DNA of 64,000 bases, taken from NCBI RefSeq assembly GCF_006345805.1, contig NC_042998.1, positions 93,682,001-93,746,000 of the forward strand, written 5' to 3'. Position numbers and translations under genes: made by a program. Positions 27,889 to 40,677 of the stretch are shown here, in pieces (within the stretch, counting starts at the first letter, position 1; every line of letters starts with the position of its first letter). The notes below the pieces were generated by a model. That model was not told the origin of the DNA. It saw nothing but the letters and a program-made list of their open reading frames with translations, and made no database searches. This DNA comes from Octopus sinensis (taxonomy: Eukaryota).

Positions 27889-28720
27889 CTTCCCTCTCAT
27901 CTTTCTGTTTCTCCTTCTCTCCCTTTCTGCGCGATTGCATGTGTGTTTTACTGTAAAATAGTTAAGTAGTGAAAGAGAAGCTACTTTTTAGCGTCTGAAC
28001 TATAATTGTAATATAAAATAACGAATAGAAAAGAAGAAAGAAAAAAAAAGAAAACAATTTACATTAAAATCAATGAATAAATGAATAAAACAAGAAATGA
28101 ATAGAAGAAATAAATTAGTTGTGCAAAAGGATTCTGGCAGGAAACAAGAGGAATGGATCCAGTAAGATAGCTGGGGCCATTGTTTCTGGAAACTTTCCTT
28201 GCTGTCTCATCAAGACTATTTAAGTCTCATTTCATTGACTACAATTAATGTAAAATACATCTCAAGTTGTAATCAAATTTTAATCAAATGACTAATATTT
28301 AGGTTAATATACATATAGGCTGTTACACACGAACACACATACAAGTGCACGCATGCACCTACGCATGCAAATATGCATGAAATACTAGCTCGCACTCACA
28401 CATTCATGAATGTAACAGGAACACAAGTGTACAGAAACACGAACACACTAATATATATGTGTATGTGTATGCATGCATGCATGTATGTATGTATGTATGT
28501 ATGTATGTATGTATGTATGTATGTATGTATGTATGTATGTGTGTGTGTATGTGTGGATGTGTGTATGAATGTGTGTATGAAATATCGACGCTTTTTGTCT
28601 ATGAATGCTTTCCAAAATTTGCACACAAATCCAAAATCATTCAAGGAAAATAAATGAAAAATATCCCGAGTTCGCGGGGTAAAAACAAGAAGAATTCAAG
28701 ATTTGAGATATTTAAAGATA

Positions 28721-29773
28721 CAGTAAGCCATCGCCATATCGTGGTCTACCTATCGCGCACTCAGTACATCGCGGATTTTTCTGGCTAATATATGTAAATT
28801 TATATCGCGGACTCCTCAGTATATAGCGAGTTTTTGCGGCCGATATCTCTCTATATATAAAAGGCAGTTTGTCTGTCTGTGTGTCTGTCAGGTTGTACCC
28901 TCACTTTGACCACGGCTTTCAACCGATTCTGATGAAACTTGACACACACATAGCCCAATGTCATAATTCAAAACTAACGTAGCGAAAATTTTGAAAAGTT
29001 CCCCCAGTTCTGAAAAAAATCGATAAATTCGACATGGGGTCGAGAATCTAAGCTTATCATATGCAACACATTTTCCGTTGTAGTTTTCACAACTTGCATT
29101 CGATTTTCACCAAACTCATGGTGAAGCTTAATGTTACTCTAAGGAACTTAGTTTTCCATGCAATACCTTACCATCAGAAAAAATCGATAAAATCATGCCA
29201 TTTTGGGAAATCGCGTTCAAATTCAAGATGACATATTTTCGACAATATCTTTAACAAATTGGCAGGAATTTTTTTGAAATTCACAGCGAGCATCATGTCT
29301 GCTCCAAGGAGCTATATGGCCCTTTTGATTCCAATAGGATACGTTATTACTGGAGAAAAATCGGTTAATTACATCATATGTGGCACACATAGCAAACCGA
29401 TTTTTCTGCGATATTTTTTGAAAGTTCACATAGATTTTCCCTACACCGATGTTAGACATCAAGTTTGCATTAAATGTCAAACTAACGACCTTTTGTCAAT
29501 GCAGTTAACAAGTATTGGGAGAAATCGACAAAACTATATCACTTTGAGACCGACCATGCGAACCCTACAAAACTGACTTTTGTTATTTACAAAATAACTG
29601 TTCAATGAGTACAAAAAAGGGTAAAAATGTAAAGGGCATTGCTTATCGACAAAGTTTCTTACATACCCGGGCAACGCCGAGCTATTCTGCTAGTGTATTT
29701 ATATTTTTTAGATTTTAATTATTTCTGTGGGAGGTTTTGGAACGTAGCACCCGCGATAGTCGAGGGATTACTG
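28721..29773. mobile_element. Tc1/pogo-type MITE hosting a Helitron
   Basis: TA|cagtaagccatcgccatatcg ... cgatagtcgagggattactg|TA gives imperfect TIRs and a TA target duplication. Confidence 0.75.
28846..29693 (+). mobile_element. Non-autonomous Helitron
   Basis: A|TC start, 3' hairpin cccgggcaacgccgag, and CTAG|T end. Confidence 0.85.
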
Positions 29774-29804
29774 TATAGTTATAATGGAGTAATAAGCCCT
29801 CCCC

Positions 29805-29847
<43 letters not shown>

Positions 29848-30404
29848 ACTCACTCATTCGCACACACAATACAATTACACGCATATACAGAAGCGCGCAC
29901 GCACATAGACAAAAACAAACACACACTTTATCACTTTTTATTAGAGGACGCTATATAAACAGTATATACTGAAACATTATTGTTATTAAATACCTCATTT
30001 AATATCCATAGATATCAAGCTAATCACGAAACCTTATGAGCGTGAGTGCTATTTTTGCCAATCTGAATTTTCGTATCTCGCAGTCTTTTACTTGGTCATT
30101 TTCAAATACTTACTCTGTTTTATGGTCATTCTTTTTACCATGAGTTTGAATTAAAAAATTACAGATTTGTCAATGTACGACTTCAGAAACATTGTCATGT
30201 TTCCAGTTCTTATAAACTCTCTGGGCAAGGATTTTATATTAAAAATCTACATGCGCAATCATTTATTCTCTTCGAACACATATTTTACATGCAACCAAAC
30301 GGAGGTTTGGCTTTTCTTTATCTATGATTTTCATGTTGTGTGTATTATGTTCTGGTTATTTGATTCTGCACAGCTAGGAAGAAGCTAAATGTCTCACCTT
30401 AGAA

Positions 30405-30468
<64 letters not shown>

Positions 30469-30516
30469 TGTGTGTGTGTTGTGTGTGTGTGTGTGTGTGT
30501 GTCTGTGGGTGGGTGG

Positions 30517-30574
<58 letters not shown>

Positions 30575-30631
30575 AAACGAAAAAAAGTGGCATGCAACAC
30601 GTTTAGTAGAAGATATATATATATATATATT

Positions 30632-30819
30632 CGCCATGATAGATCGCTAGCGACTATACATTCTTTATTTTCTCTCCTTATTTCTTTCTGTGTTCCTTTC
30701 TCTGGAAGAGCGTAGGCTCGAAAAGTTAAAGGCTTTTCCACTTCCGGAGCGTTATACTAATACATCTGTTTGTTGTCTACACCACCTGTCTTCGTCTTTT
30801 CTTTTGTGTGAATTCTCCC

Positions 30820-30820
<1 letters not shown>
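30632..30820 (+). mobile_element. Penelope/Neptune pLTR fragment
   Basis: Homologous to 12303-12505 (gatcgctag...gaagagcgtaggctcgaaa). Confidence 0.6.
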
Positions 30821-30913
<93 letters not shown>

Positions 30914-31124
30914 ATATATTAAGGGTTCAATAGGAAAATTTGACGAAAACATAACAGAAAGTTCACAAAAACAAACGGAACTGTCCAGAAACATCCTAGG
31001 ATGTATTGGGGCACTGACTGATGAGGAATCAACTGCGTATTCGGTTATATGAACCCGAACGAGCTAGGTTTCTGTAAGGAGCCCTCGAAACTATAAGTCA
31101 TATTGAGCCGAATGAAACTCCTTG

Positions 31125-31159
<35 letters not shown>

Positions 31160-31168
<9 letters not shown>

Positions 31169-32012
31169 GAAACAGTATGGAAGGAGAAAAATGGTACGAT
31201 CAATTTGCAAGAGATATCAACGTCAAGACAGATACAGAAGACCGGTGGCTATGGATGAGGAGGAGTGACCTGAAGACAGAGACAGAAGCACTTATATGTG
31301 CAGCACAAGAACAAACGTTAAGGACTAACTATGTGACACTACCGACAGTGACAAATGCAGAATGTTTGGTTAGAGGAGTGAAACGGTATGGCACATGGTT
31401 AGCGAATGCCCGAAATTGGCACAATGCGATTACAAAAACGACATGACAATGCAACAAGAATGACCCATTGAGAGCTCTGTGGAAATCACGGCCTACAAAG
31501 AGCAAAGATGTGGTATGAGAAAACCCAGAAGGAGTCACTGAGATTGAGGATTGCAAAATCCTGTGGAGTGCAACGATTCAATGCGATGACCTGACCAGAC
31601 ATCGGAAACTGGACATTGTTGTGGTGAATAAAAAAAAAATATGCATGATAATCGACATAGCATGTCCCGGTGACAACAGGATCAAAGAGAAACAAAAAGA
31701 AAAAAATAAACTACTTTGACAATTTGAAGTGGGAAATCCGAAAGTTGTGGTCAATGAGTAGAGTAGACGTAATATCAATAGTAACTAGCGCATTTGGAAG
31801 TATCAGCACTCAACTACCAGCATAGGTCAAAAAAGATTGGCACAAATGTAAAGATAGAACACCCAACAAAAATCAGCATTGCTTGGAATTGTAAGAATTC
31901 TTTGCAGAGTTCTTGAAGCATGACCGGTAAACAAGTGTCACATCAGAGTGCTGGCTGTGGACAGTTGACAATTTCCACCACACCCAGCAAAATAAGCCGA
32001 GAGTTTCCATCA
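31160..32012 (+). mobile_element. R4/Dong-clade LINE, 5'-truncated, inserted in (TAA)n
   Basis: LKTETEALICAAQEQTLRTNY; CCHC remnant and RHD motif; restriction-like endonuclease (HRKLDIVVV...IIDIACPGD). (TAA)n on both sides. Confidence 0.85.
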
Positions 32013-32080
<68 letters not shown>

Positions 32081-32342
32081 TAACAATAATAACAATAATG
32101 ATGATGAGGAAGATGATGATCATGATGATGATGACGACGACGATGACGATGATAATTGCATCATATCTGCTCACCTGGTTTCCTCTTCTAGCCACTCTTT
32201 ACACCGCTACGTATGTATGTATGTATGTATGTATGTATGTATGTATGTATGTATGTATGTATGTATCGTTGTCTGTGCTTGTCTCACATACACTGTGAAG
32301 AAGCCCGTTATACCGTTATATAAATATAAATATATATGTATA

Positions 32343-32400
<58 letters not shown>

Positions 32401-32404
<4 letters not shown>

Positions 32405-32962
32405 GAAAGAATGGAGTCGAACGACGATTTTAACAAAATTCCTTTACTCTCGACACATGTTTCGAAGGCTGCATATTCCTAATTCCGAAGGAATAAAGGG
32501 TGCATTATGCCGCCATCTCATCAGGAAAGACAAGGAACTTATGTCAGCACCATGAAGAGCAAAAACTTTTAGATGACTGCCCACATGATGTCCACAGTAA
32601 TAATGATTATTACTGTGGACACCATGTGGGCAGTCATCTAAAAGTTTTTGCTCTTCATGGTGCTGACATCATTATTGTTCCTTGTTTTTCCTGATGAGAT
32701 GGTGGCATAATGCACCCTTTATTCCTTCGGAATTAGGAATATGCAGCCTTCGAAACATGTGTCGAGAGTAAAGGAATTTTGTTAAAATCGTCGTTCGACT
32801 CCATTCTTTCATTTATTCATAGTTAAAAAAACACACAAATTTACACACGTGAACACGGGATCCCTGCCCTTGGCATATGGCTTCAACCGTGTTTTCTGAC
32901 GTGAATTTGCTACCCAGGTATCGGTTAACCGAATTATCCATACTAGGATAATTCATTCACCT
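32401..32962 (+). mobile_element. ORF-less Penelope pLTR insertion forming a ~415-bp palindrome
   Basis: 32401-32604 is the reverse complement of 32606-32814. Same family as the ends of the 37.7-40.3 kb element. Confidence 0.85.
32678..32775 (+). ncRNA. Type I hammerhead ribozyme motif (mirror copy on the minus strand at ~32440-32535)
   Basis: CTGATGA (32691), stem II, GAAA (32752), catgtg, then TC with predicted cleavage after 32763. Stem I is formed by ttttc/gagag. Confidence 0.65.
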
Positions 32963-33053
32963 TCTCATATATATATATATATATATATATGTATGAGTGT
33001 GTGTGTGTGTGTGTGTATACGTATGTATGTATACACACATACACACACACACA

Positions 33054-33589
33054 GAGTAATGCCTCAATATACGAATTAATTTCTTCCTGGAGACCGCTCG
33101 TAATTGAAAACTCGTAAAGCAGACCAATGATTTTCCAATGTAGCAATGTTATAGATAGATCGTAATTCATCCCTAGAAAAATATTTTACCTATAAAATTT
33201 ACCATACTCGTAAATAAATAGTAAGAAAACAACAGTAGAATGTAAAGAATATTTTATGTAATATAAAAAGAATGTCAAGATCATTTATAATAAAAAATAT
33301 TATTATTATTATCGTTTTCTGAATCATTTTCTCTCTCACTAGACTCGCGCACACCATCACAAAGCACTCGTAGACTGACTTGTGGATTTCTTTTTAAAAA
33401 GCAGGTCTAGAATTGTTTGCTTAGAAGTTTTTTCTCTCTATAAATTTCTCGCTAACTCGTAGAAGCATCTATTATGGTAGTAGAAACTTTAGGACTTCGT
33501 CCAAAATTTGGATCTTTATATTCATTATAAAACTCGTAAACCTTGTGTCTCGTAAAGCGGGTCGGTCCTCGTAAAGTGAGGTATTACTG
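33054..33589. mobile_element. Tc1/pogo-type MITE
   Basis: Imperfect TIRs gagtaatgcctcaatatacga and tcgtaaagtgaggtattactg|ta. Confidence 0.65.
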
Positions 33590-34062
33590 TATATGTATTT
33601 GCTTGTTTATTTGTTTGTTTGTGTTATACAGCTTGACAACCGGTTTTGGTTTGTTTACGTCCCAATAACCTAGCGGTTAGACAAAAGAGAAAATAAAAGC
33701 GGTACCAGACTTTAAAAAGTGCTTAAAGTACTGGAGCCGATTTGTCCAAATAAAGCCCTTCGAGTTAGAACCCCCAGCATGGCCGCGTTCCAATGACTGA
33801 AACCAATGAAAATTAGCATTAAAATATTCTTTGAGTGTGCAGGTTATGAGCGACTTTTGCTTACTCTCCTGTCGGTCGATATACTAGCGTTGCGAGTGCT
33901 CAGCTGAACTACACACGTAATTTGCATAAAGCCTTCCCAAGTTTATCACATTTTACAAGAGACAAAGAGGCGAGATTTTACTTCAGAACGTACAGAGTCG
34001 AGACAGACACCACACGGCTCCTCTTTCGGCGCCATAATATTCCACCAATCTCCCACTCCTAC

Positions 34063-34540
34063 CGATAAATTAAGTTGATAAATTAAGTCCCAGTTACGCA
34101 TTGGAGTCGATATAATCGACTTAATCCGTTTGTCTGTCCTTGTTTGTCACTTCTGTGTTTAGCCCCTTGTGGGTAGTAAAGAAATAGGTATTTCGTCTGC
34201 CGTTACGTTGTGAGTTCAAATTCCGCCGAAGTCGACTTTGCTTTTCATCCTCTCGGGGTCGATTAAATAAGTACCAATTACGCACTGGGGTCGATATAAT
34301 CGACTTAATCCGTTTGTCTGTCCTTGTTTGTCCACTCTATGTTTAGCCCCTTGTGGGTAGTAAAGAAATAGGTATTTCGTCTGCCGTTACGTTGTGAGTT
34401 CAAATTCCGCCGAAGTCGACTTTGCCTCTCATCCTTTCAGGTTCGATAAATTAAGTACTAGTTGCATACTGAGGTCGATGTAATCGACTGGCTCCCTCCC
34501 CCAAAATTTTGGGCTTTGTGCCTAAAGTAGAAAAGAATTT
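34063..34540 (+). mobile_element. Multimeric SINE family A (internal ~181-bp tandem unit)
   Basis: The core plus tail is repeated, with the junction gaaata|ggtatttcgtc seen twice. Confidence 0.85.
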
Positions 34541-34544
34541 TAGT

Positions 34545-34820
34545 AGCAGCTTCGTTGGTTATCAACAAAACAGCCGGCTCCTAAAATTAATGTGCAAGTG
34601 ACTGAACAATCCACAAGCACGAAACCCTTAAGGAGACTCAGCGTCACACAGAATGTGACAAAACTGGCTCTTTGAAATACAGGTACTACTCATTTTTGCC
34701 AGCTGAGTGAACTGAAGCAACGTGAAGTAAAGTATCTTACTCAAGGATACAGCGCGCTACCAGGAATAGAACCCACGATCGTCAGCCGAATACCTTAACC
34801 ACTATGACATGCGTCTTCAT
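34545..34820 (-). mobile_element. tRNA-derived SINE, family D
   Basis: Reverse complement gacgcatgtcatagtggttaagg...gggttctattcc...tccttgagtaagatacttt shows A and B boxes plus a core. Confidence 0.7.
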
Positions 34821-35421
34821 ATAGTATTCACTCTAATTTTGTCGCATTATGCCTTTATAGAAAATTATTTAGTATATATCTTTTTCCATTATTAGCAAAC
34901 TTAATATAATGACCTGGAAGATTCGATTACCGTTTTGACTTACGACACTAATGCCCTTAGTAAAAGTGCAGTTGCTACAAATTTCGACAGCCCCCACCCG
35001 TACAAACATAAAACTTTAGTCATTGTGCGTATCAGAAATATTTGTTAATATTAATGAATATCCTTTTCATTATGTACGATACGACGAGGAGGAAGAGGCG
35101 GTGGTGGATGCGAAGTAAGGTGGGGGCACCAAATCGACAATATTTTTTCCTGTATAAACAAGTATTACAGTAACCAGTTATTTTGATCATTGTCTATCTG
35201 CGTTGATTATATATTACGCAGAATGTTACAACATAAACAAACCGACAAACCATGGTAACCCCCATCTCTGATCTTATTGCTAAGGGAATGGCTGACGTTA
35301 TTTTGCAAAACCAAACATTCATGTAACAACTTGACTGAAAGCGTAATCTGTCTGGCTAATGATCGCTTATAAATATGTCCTTGTGCTAAGGAGAAGTAAA
35401 AAATATGTGTAGTTAATGTGG

Positions 35422-35453
<32 letters not shown>

Positions 35454-35649
35454 ACTCACAGGCGCAAGGTCTTACGTATAGCCTATCTGTATTATAAGGT
35501 TTTTATGTGTGTTAACACTTCATGACAAGAAAGCAGAAACTAAATGGCATATATATATGTCATTTATGTACATGTGTGTGTAAATGGTATATCTTATGCT
35601 GTAAGACTCCAACAAGTAGAATAGCACCCGATCAGCTAAAAGAGTAAAT

Positions 35650-35776
<127 letters not shown>

Positions 35777-36083
35777 GGATAGATAAACGGATGTGCATGT
35801 ATTTCTTTTATTCGTGTTCAGCTTGGGGACGACAATGATTATTTTTGCATATCATCATTCTTCTTTGACCGATTTCCCCTGGGTGGTGGGATTTCATATC
35901 ACCACTCCTGCTTCTACTATTCCCCTTGGTTGTTGCTCCATTTCTTATATTAGAGAATATATGTATCATTTACACATACACACACACACACACACATACA
36001 GAGTTATGCCTGTTTGTATATTTGTGTAATGTATACATATACATTTACATATGTGCATATATACATACATACATGTTTATTGC

Positions 36084-36137
<54 letters not shown>

Positions 36138-36349
36138 TAAGACTTATTGTCAAATCCTCAGAGACTCGTGGGTCCTTACCTCTGCCTTACTAACATCTGT
36201 CAAGAATTCTACAATTCAGTAATGTTACATATAATGGTTACACATTCCTGGAGATTTGACAGCGTGTCTTATTAATTCGTTTTATGTAACTAATGATAAT
36301 TTATTCTTAATAAAACCTACATAAGATAGAGTAACTAAATATCTTATAA

Positions 36350-36676
36350 ACAAGAAGTTGTAAACCATTTTTTTACCTATGGACTCCTTTGATTCGTATT
36401 TTACTCAGATGGACCACCATAACTATTTACTGTATATAGAAAATAATCTTACTCTATTTTGTAATTATAAATTATAATTTACAATTATAAATTATAAAAT
36501 TGTAATTACAGTTATAATTTTCATAAACAATAGCTGGAACTGAACCCTACCACCCCACAAAAAATTTAATATTTTGTGCATTGTAGAACTATAACCATTC
36601 CATTGCACATAAATTTTAGTAACAAAATCTTATATGGATCCCCAAGGGTCATATGGATCCCAGTTGAGAACCCCTA
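36350..36676. mobile_element. Possible hAT-type MITE
   Basis: Right end gttgagaacccctag. Left end agaagttgtaaacc is degenerate. Confidence 0.4.
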
Positions 36677-36703
36677 GTGTAAACAATCTATTATATTTTG
36701 TTT

Positions 36704-36746
<43 letters not shown>

Positions 36747-36748
<2 letters not shown>

Positions 36749-36911
36749 CAAAAATAGGACAAGAACGCAAAACATCCAGACAGACGATACAAAGAAAACA
36801 AGGACGAGACATTCGGAGTTTTCTATACTCAGTCGAGTTCCAGATTATCTTTGCAATTTCGGCTGCTTATACTCGAGATTCGAGATTGCTCCAATCTGGC
36901 CAGCCCCAATG

Positions 36912-36946
<35 letters not shown>

Positions 36947-37545
36947 ATACATATATATATATTATATATATATATATATTATATATATATATATTATATA
37001 TATATATATATACATACGCATATATATGTACAGGACGTCACCAATGGTACAAATAACATGAAACAATGAGAAAAAATGGAAAACAGGACTAGGAAACACA
37101 GAGAAAGGACCCTTCATCAGCTGTCTATCTACTCCTTATTTCGAGCATTCAATAACAATATGAGCCTTCAAAGAAAGTTGCTCCCATAAATTCTAATATA
37201 ACATTTTGGATTTATGGAGGGTCAATATATATTAATATTATTGTATTTTGTATTTATATTCGTGTAACATCGTCTGTTTTTTCGTCCTTGTTTTCGTACA
37301 CATTCGATGTTTTCTTCCAAGGAATCAAATGCTCTTAGCTTAGTTTTCCTTGGGGCTGACCAGATTGGAGCAATCTCAAGATTAATCAGCCGAAATTGAG
37401 AGGATGATCCGGTTCTTGGCTGAGGATAGAAAGCTTTGAATGATCCATCCTTTTTTTTTTGTATCGTCTATCTGGATGTTTTGTTGTCCCTTTTTGTATC
37501 ACCTTGTTGTCCGGATGTTTTGCGTTCTTGTCCCATTTTGTATTT
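36747..37545. mobile_element. Cluster of pLTR-like fragments (36747-36910 minus, 37030-37225 minus, 37240-37545 plus)
   Basis: 36747-36910 and 37350-37545 are diverged inverted homologues, with another copy at 58410-58552. The fragments are separated by TA-rich tracts. Confidence 0.55.
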
Positions 37546-37610
37546 TTTATATATATATATATAGCGGCATACGTACACTTTGTTCTCTCTCTATATATAT
37601 ATATACATAC

Positions 37611-37662
<52 letters not shown>

Positions 37663-38223
37663 ATAATATATAATATATATATTATATATATATATATATA
37701 TATTTCAATAGGTGAATGAATTATCCTATGTTTATCAACAGCATGGAAAATTCGTTGAACCGATACCAGGGTAGCAAATTCGCGTTGAAGCGTTGAAGCG
37801 AACTGTCCAAGGGTAGAAACTCCGGGTTCATTTGCAGAAATTTGTGTGTTATATATGAATAAATGAAAGAATGGAGTCGAACGAAGATGTTAACAAAATT
37901 CCTTTACTCTCGACATATGTTTCGAAGACCACATGGTTTCATTCCACAGGAATAAAGAGTGTATGATGCAATCTTCTCATCAGGAAAGAAAGGGAGCCTC
38001 TCTCGGCAACAAGACAAACATTTCGATGACTGTCTACATGGTAAACAAAACGACAATAAGTGATTTTTTAAAAAACCGTTAAAAGATTTGACGTCAAAGT
38101 TAGATAGTAGGAAGAGAAGGGTTAAAGGAATGATTAAGAATGTTCAAAGGCTTAGGAAAGAATTTCACTATTGAAGTGGAGTGTATGTTAGGCTAATTGT
38201 TCAAAGCACGATGCCTATCGTAA

Positions 38224-40150
38224 TCATTTGTAAGAGTAAAAAGTATGTTTCTGCCAGTGCTTACATTTATAGGATTTCTCTATGAGTGTGTTTACAAGGG
38301 GAACCTTAAAGAAGAGGATATGGAAGAGCTCAGAGTTGCAAATATTACAAAATCTCCTGCCCTTATCAAAAGGGAAGGATATAGACAGTATGAACCAATC
38401 TAACTTGAAATCTAAATTAATGTCTTTAAGACGCCAAACTAATTTACTTAGCCCTGTACTATGTCGTTTTTTACTATTCCTGAATGTTGAATAATGGTTT
38501 GAAATTCTCTTGGATAACTGGGAAGAGGACGCTCCTATATAGAAGAAGACATTGGTACCAGAGGAGATTCTACACTGGTAAATAGAATTCTCGATCTTAG
38601 AATTACTAGACAAAAATTTAATTCTGTTGGGGTTGTCCTCCGAGATCGAAACGAAGTTTTTATTGCTATGATTGTTGTTACTATTATTATTAGCGTTAGC
38701 AACTACACTATTCGTATTATTATTAGTATTATTAATGGTAATACAATCAGTAATTTCTCCGTTATTGTTATCACTATCAACATTACCATTGTTATTAACA
38801 CGACTGATACTATTATTAATATTATCATTGTTAACACTATCGCTACTACCATTGCTATTACTATTAATACTATTCCTATTAGTATGACTGTATGATGGGT
38901 TGGAAATAGTAAGATTTATGTTGGAACTCCCAGGTGAAGAATCTCTATTTATCAGCTTGGTATTGTGAGAAGATATAATTTGTGAAAGATTTCTAGTGTT
39001 AGAGAAAGCGATTTTGACTATGTGGGAATTGATAATAGAATAATATCTAGAATTTCTGGGAAAGTTCCTAGCGACGGCTTCACGGAACTGTAAGGGAAGG
39101 TTCGATTTAATTTGTTTACCGAAAGGTATTACGAACCAGATATGGCTCTTAGTGGCCTTTGACTTGTACGTAGAGTTATTTGTGAAAGTAAGGGGAAAAT
39201 TACTGGGTTGAAAATTTGGAGTTGAACGGCGCTTACCTCCCCTGGTCCGTAAAGAATTTATATTTTGCATAGTGTTGCTGGCACTACTAGAATTAGAACT
39301 ATTATTCCTATTACAAGTAACTATTCTATCTGGAGAAGCAGATGTTGGTTTAGAATGAGCTGAATCTATGTATGACACTTTGTCCTTATAGCCGGCTTTT
39401 GCCAAGGCGGCGTTATAAAAGCCTGCCTTTTGGTTAAAGATGTCAACATTGGCAGATAATTTAGAAAGTCTCAAAGATATGTTTTTGACTAAATTATCGG
39501 TAACGGGCTTGGCATGATTACTGTAAAGGCTAATATACTTAAGATTTGTGGAGGGTTTATGGTAAAGGAAGTATGAGTTATTTTGTAAATTGAGGGTAAT
39601 GTCTAAGAAGTTGGCTTTAGTTAACTCATCGTCAAAAACGATGTGCAAGCCCATTCTACCAAAAAACCTAACTAACCTATTTTTAACCTTCTGTATTTTT
39701 TGGTTCGAGACATTTTGGAGGTAAAGCAGACAATCGTCGCGATAAAGACCTCCACAGATGTCCGGGAATTGGTCGGCCATTTCATAAAGAATATAAATTC
39801 CGACCAAATCGGCTATCTGGGCGCTGTCTGTACTTCCCATTAGTACATCGAACGCATTAGGGGTATCTCTGCGGACCCACAACTTGCTATCGAACTGGAT
39901 GAAGGATTTCCTAGCAGTCAATATCACATTAATTTCTTCCCTGGAGAGGCCTGCCTTATTGTGTGCGTGCCATAGGGCCTTATTAAGTATAATAGGGTTG
40001 ATTGAAGAATAGAAACTAGATATATCGAATTGGATAAATTTAGTGCTGGCCTTATCAGTAATAGAAGTGAACCAATCTACGACTTGAACAGAATTGGACC
40101 ATAAGCTAAGTTTTAATTTATTAATTAATATAGGGATATACTTATCTAAT
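38224..40150 (-). CDS. Penelope RT + GIY-YIG endonuclease (N-terminally truncated, frame open)
   Basis: QFDISSFYSSI, DVLMGS, GLYRDDC, NFLDITL, YHKP...SNH, and SIYQC...FYIG...RISNH. The frame stays open upstream of the track ORF start at 39927. Confidence 0.88.
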
Positions 40151-40209
40151 ATTTTTGTTTACCATGTAGACAGTCATCGAAATTTTTGTCTTGTTGCCGA
40201 GAGAGGCTT

Positions 40210-40302
40210 CCTTTCTTTCCTGATGAGAAGATTGCATTATACACCCTTTATTCCTTTGGAATGAAACCATGTGGTCTTCGAAACATATGTCGAGAGTAAA
40301 GG
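40210..40302 (+). ncRNA. Type I hammerhead ribozyme motif in the inverted pLTR (sister copy on the minus strand at ~37900-37993)
   Basis: cctttctttc-CTGATGA-gaaga...tcttc-GAAA-catatg-TC-gagagtaaagg. All three stems can form. Confidence 0.75.
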
Positions 40303-40355
40303 AATTTTGTTAACATCTTCGTTCGACTCCATTCTTTCATTTATTCATATATATA

Positions 40356-40403
<48 letters not shown>

Positions 40404-40411
40404 TATATATA

Positions 40412-40575
40412 CAACGGACTTTTTTCAGTTTCCGTCTATCAAATCTACTCACAAAGCTTTGGTCGGCTCGAGGCTATAGTAGAAGACACTTGTCCAAGGT
40501 GCCACGCAGTGGGACTGAACCCGGAGCCATGTGGTTGGGAAGGAAGCTTCTTACTACACAGCCACTCCTGTGCCT
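40412..40575 (-). mobile_element. SINE family B, 5' half (uninterrupted head)
   Basis: Reverse complement ggctgtgtagtaagaagcttccttcccaaccacatggctccgggttcagtccc. This serves as the empty-site reference for 44161. Confidence 0.85.
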
Positions 40576-40592
40576 ATATGTATGTATATTTA

Positions 40593-40677
<85 letters not shown>

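Larger units (their letters stand above)
37710..40352 (-). mobile_element. Young 5'-truncated Penelope-like element with an inverted pLTR at its 5' end
   Basis: Open RT-GIY-YIG frame. 37851-38050 is repeated in inverted form at 40153-40352 with about 5 mismatches. Confidence 0.92.

Noticed and set aside
31920-32402. Poly-Asn/Asp protein
   Set aside because: Translation of the (TAA)n/(GAT)n target microsatellite next to the Dong element.
37851-40352. DNA transposon with 200-bp TIRs
   Set aside because: The enclosed ORF is RT plus GIY-YIG, and one arm continues into a longer pLTR. This is the Penelope inverted-end structure.
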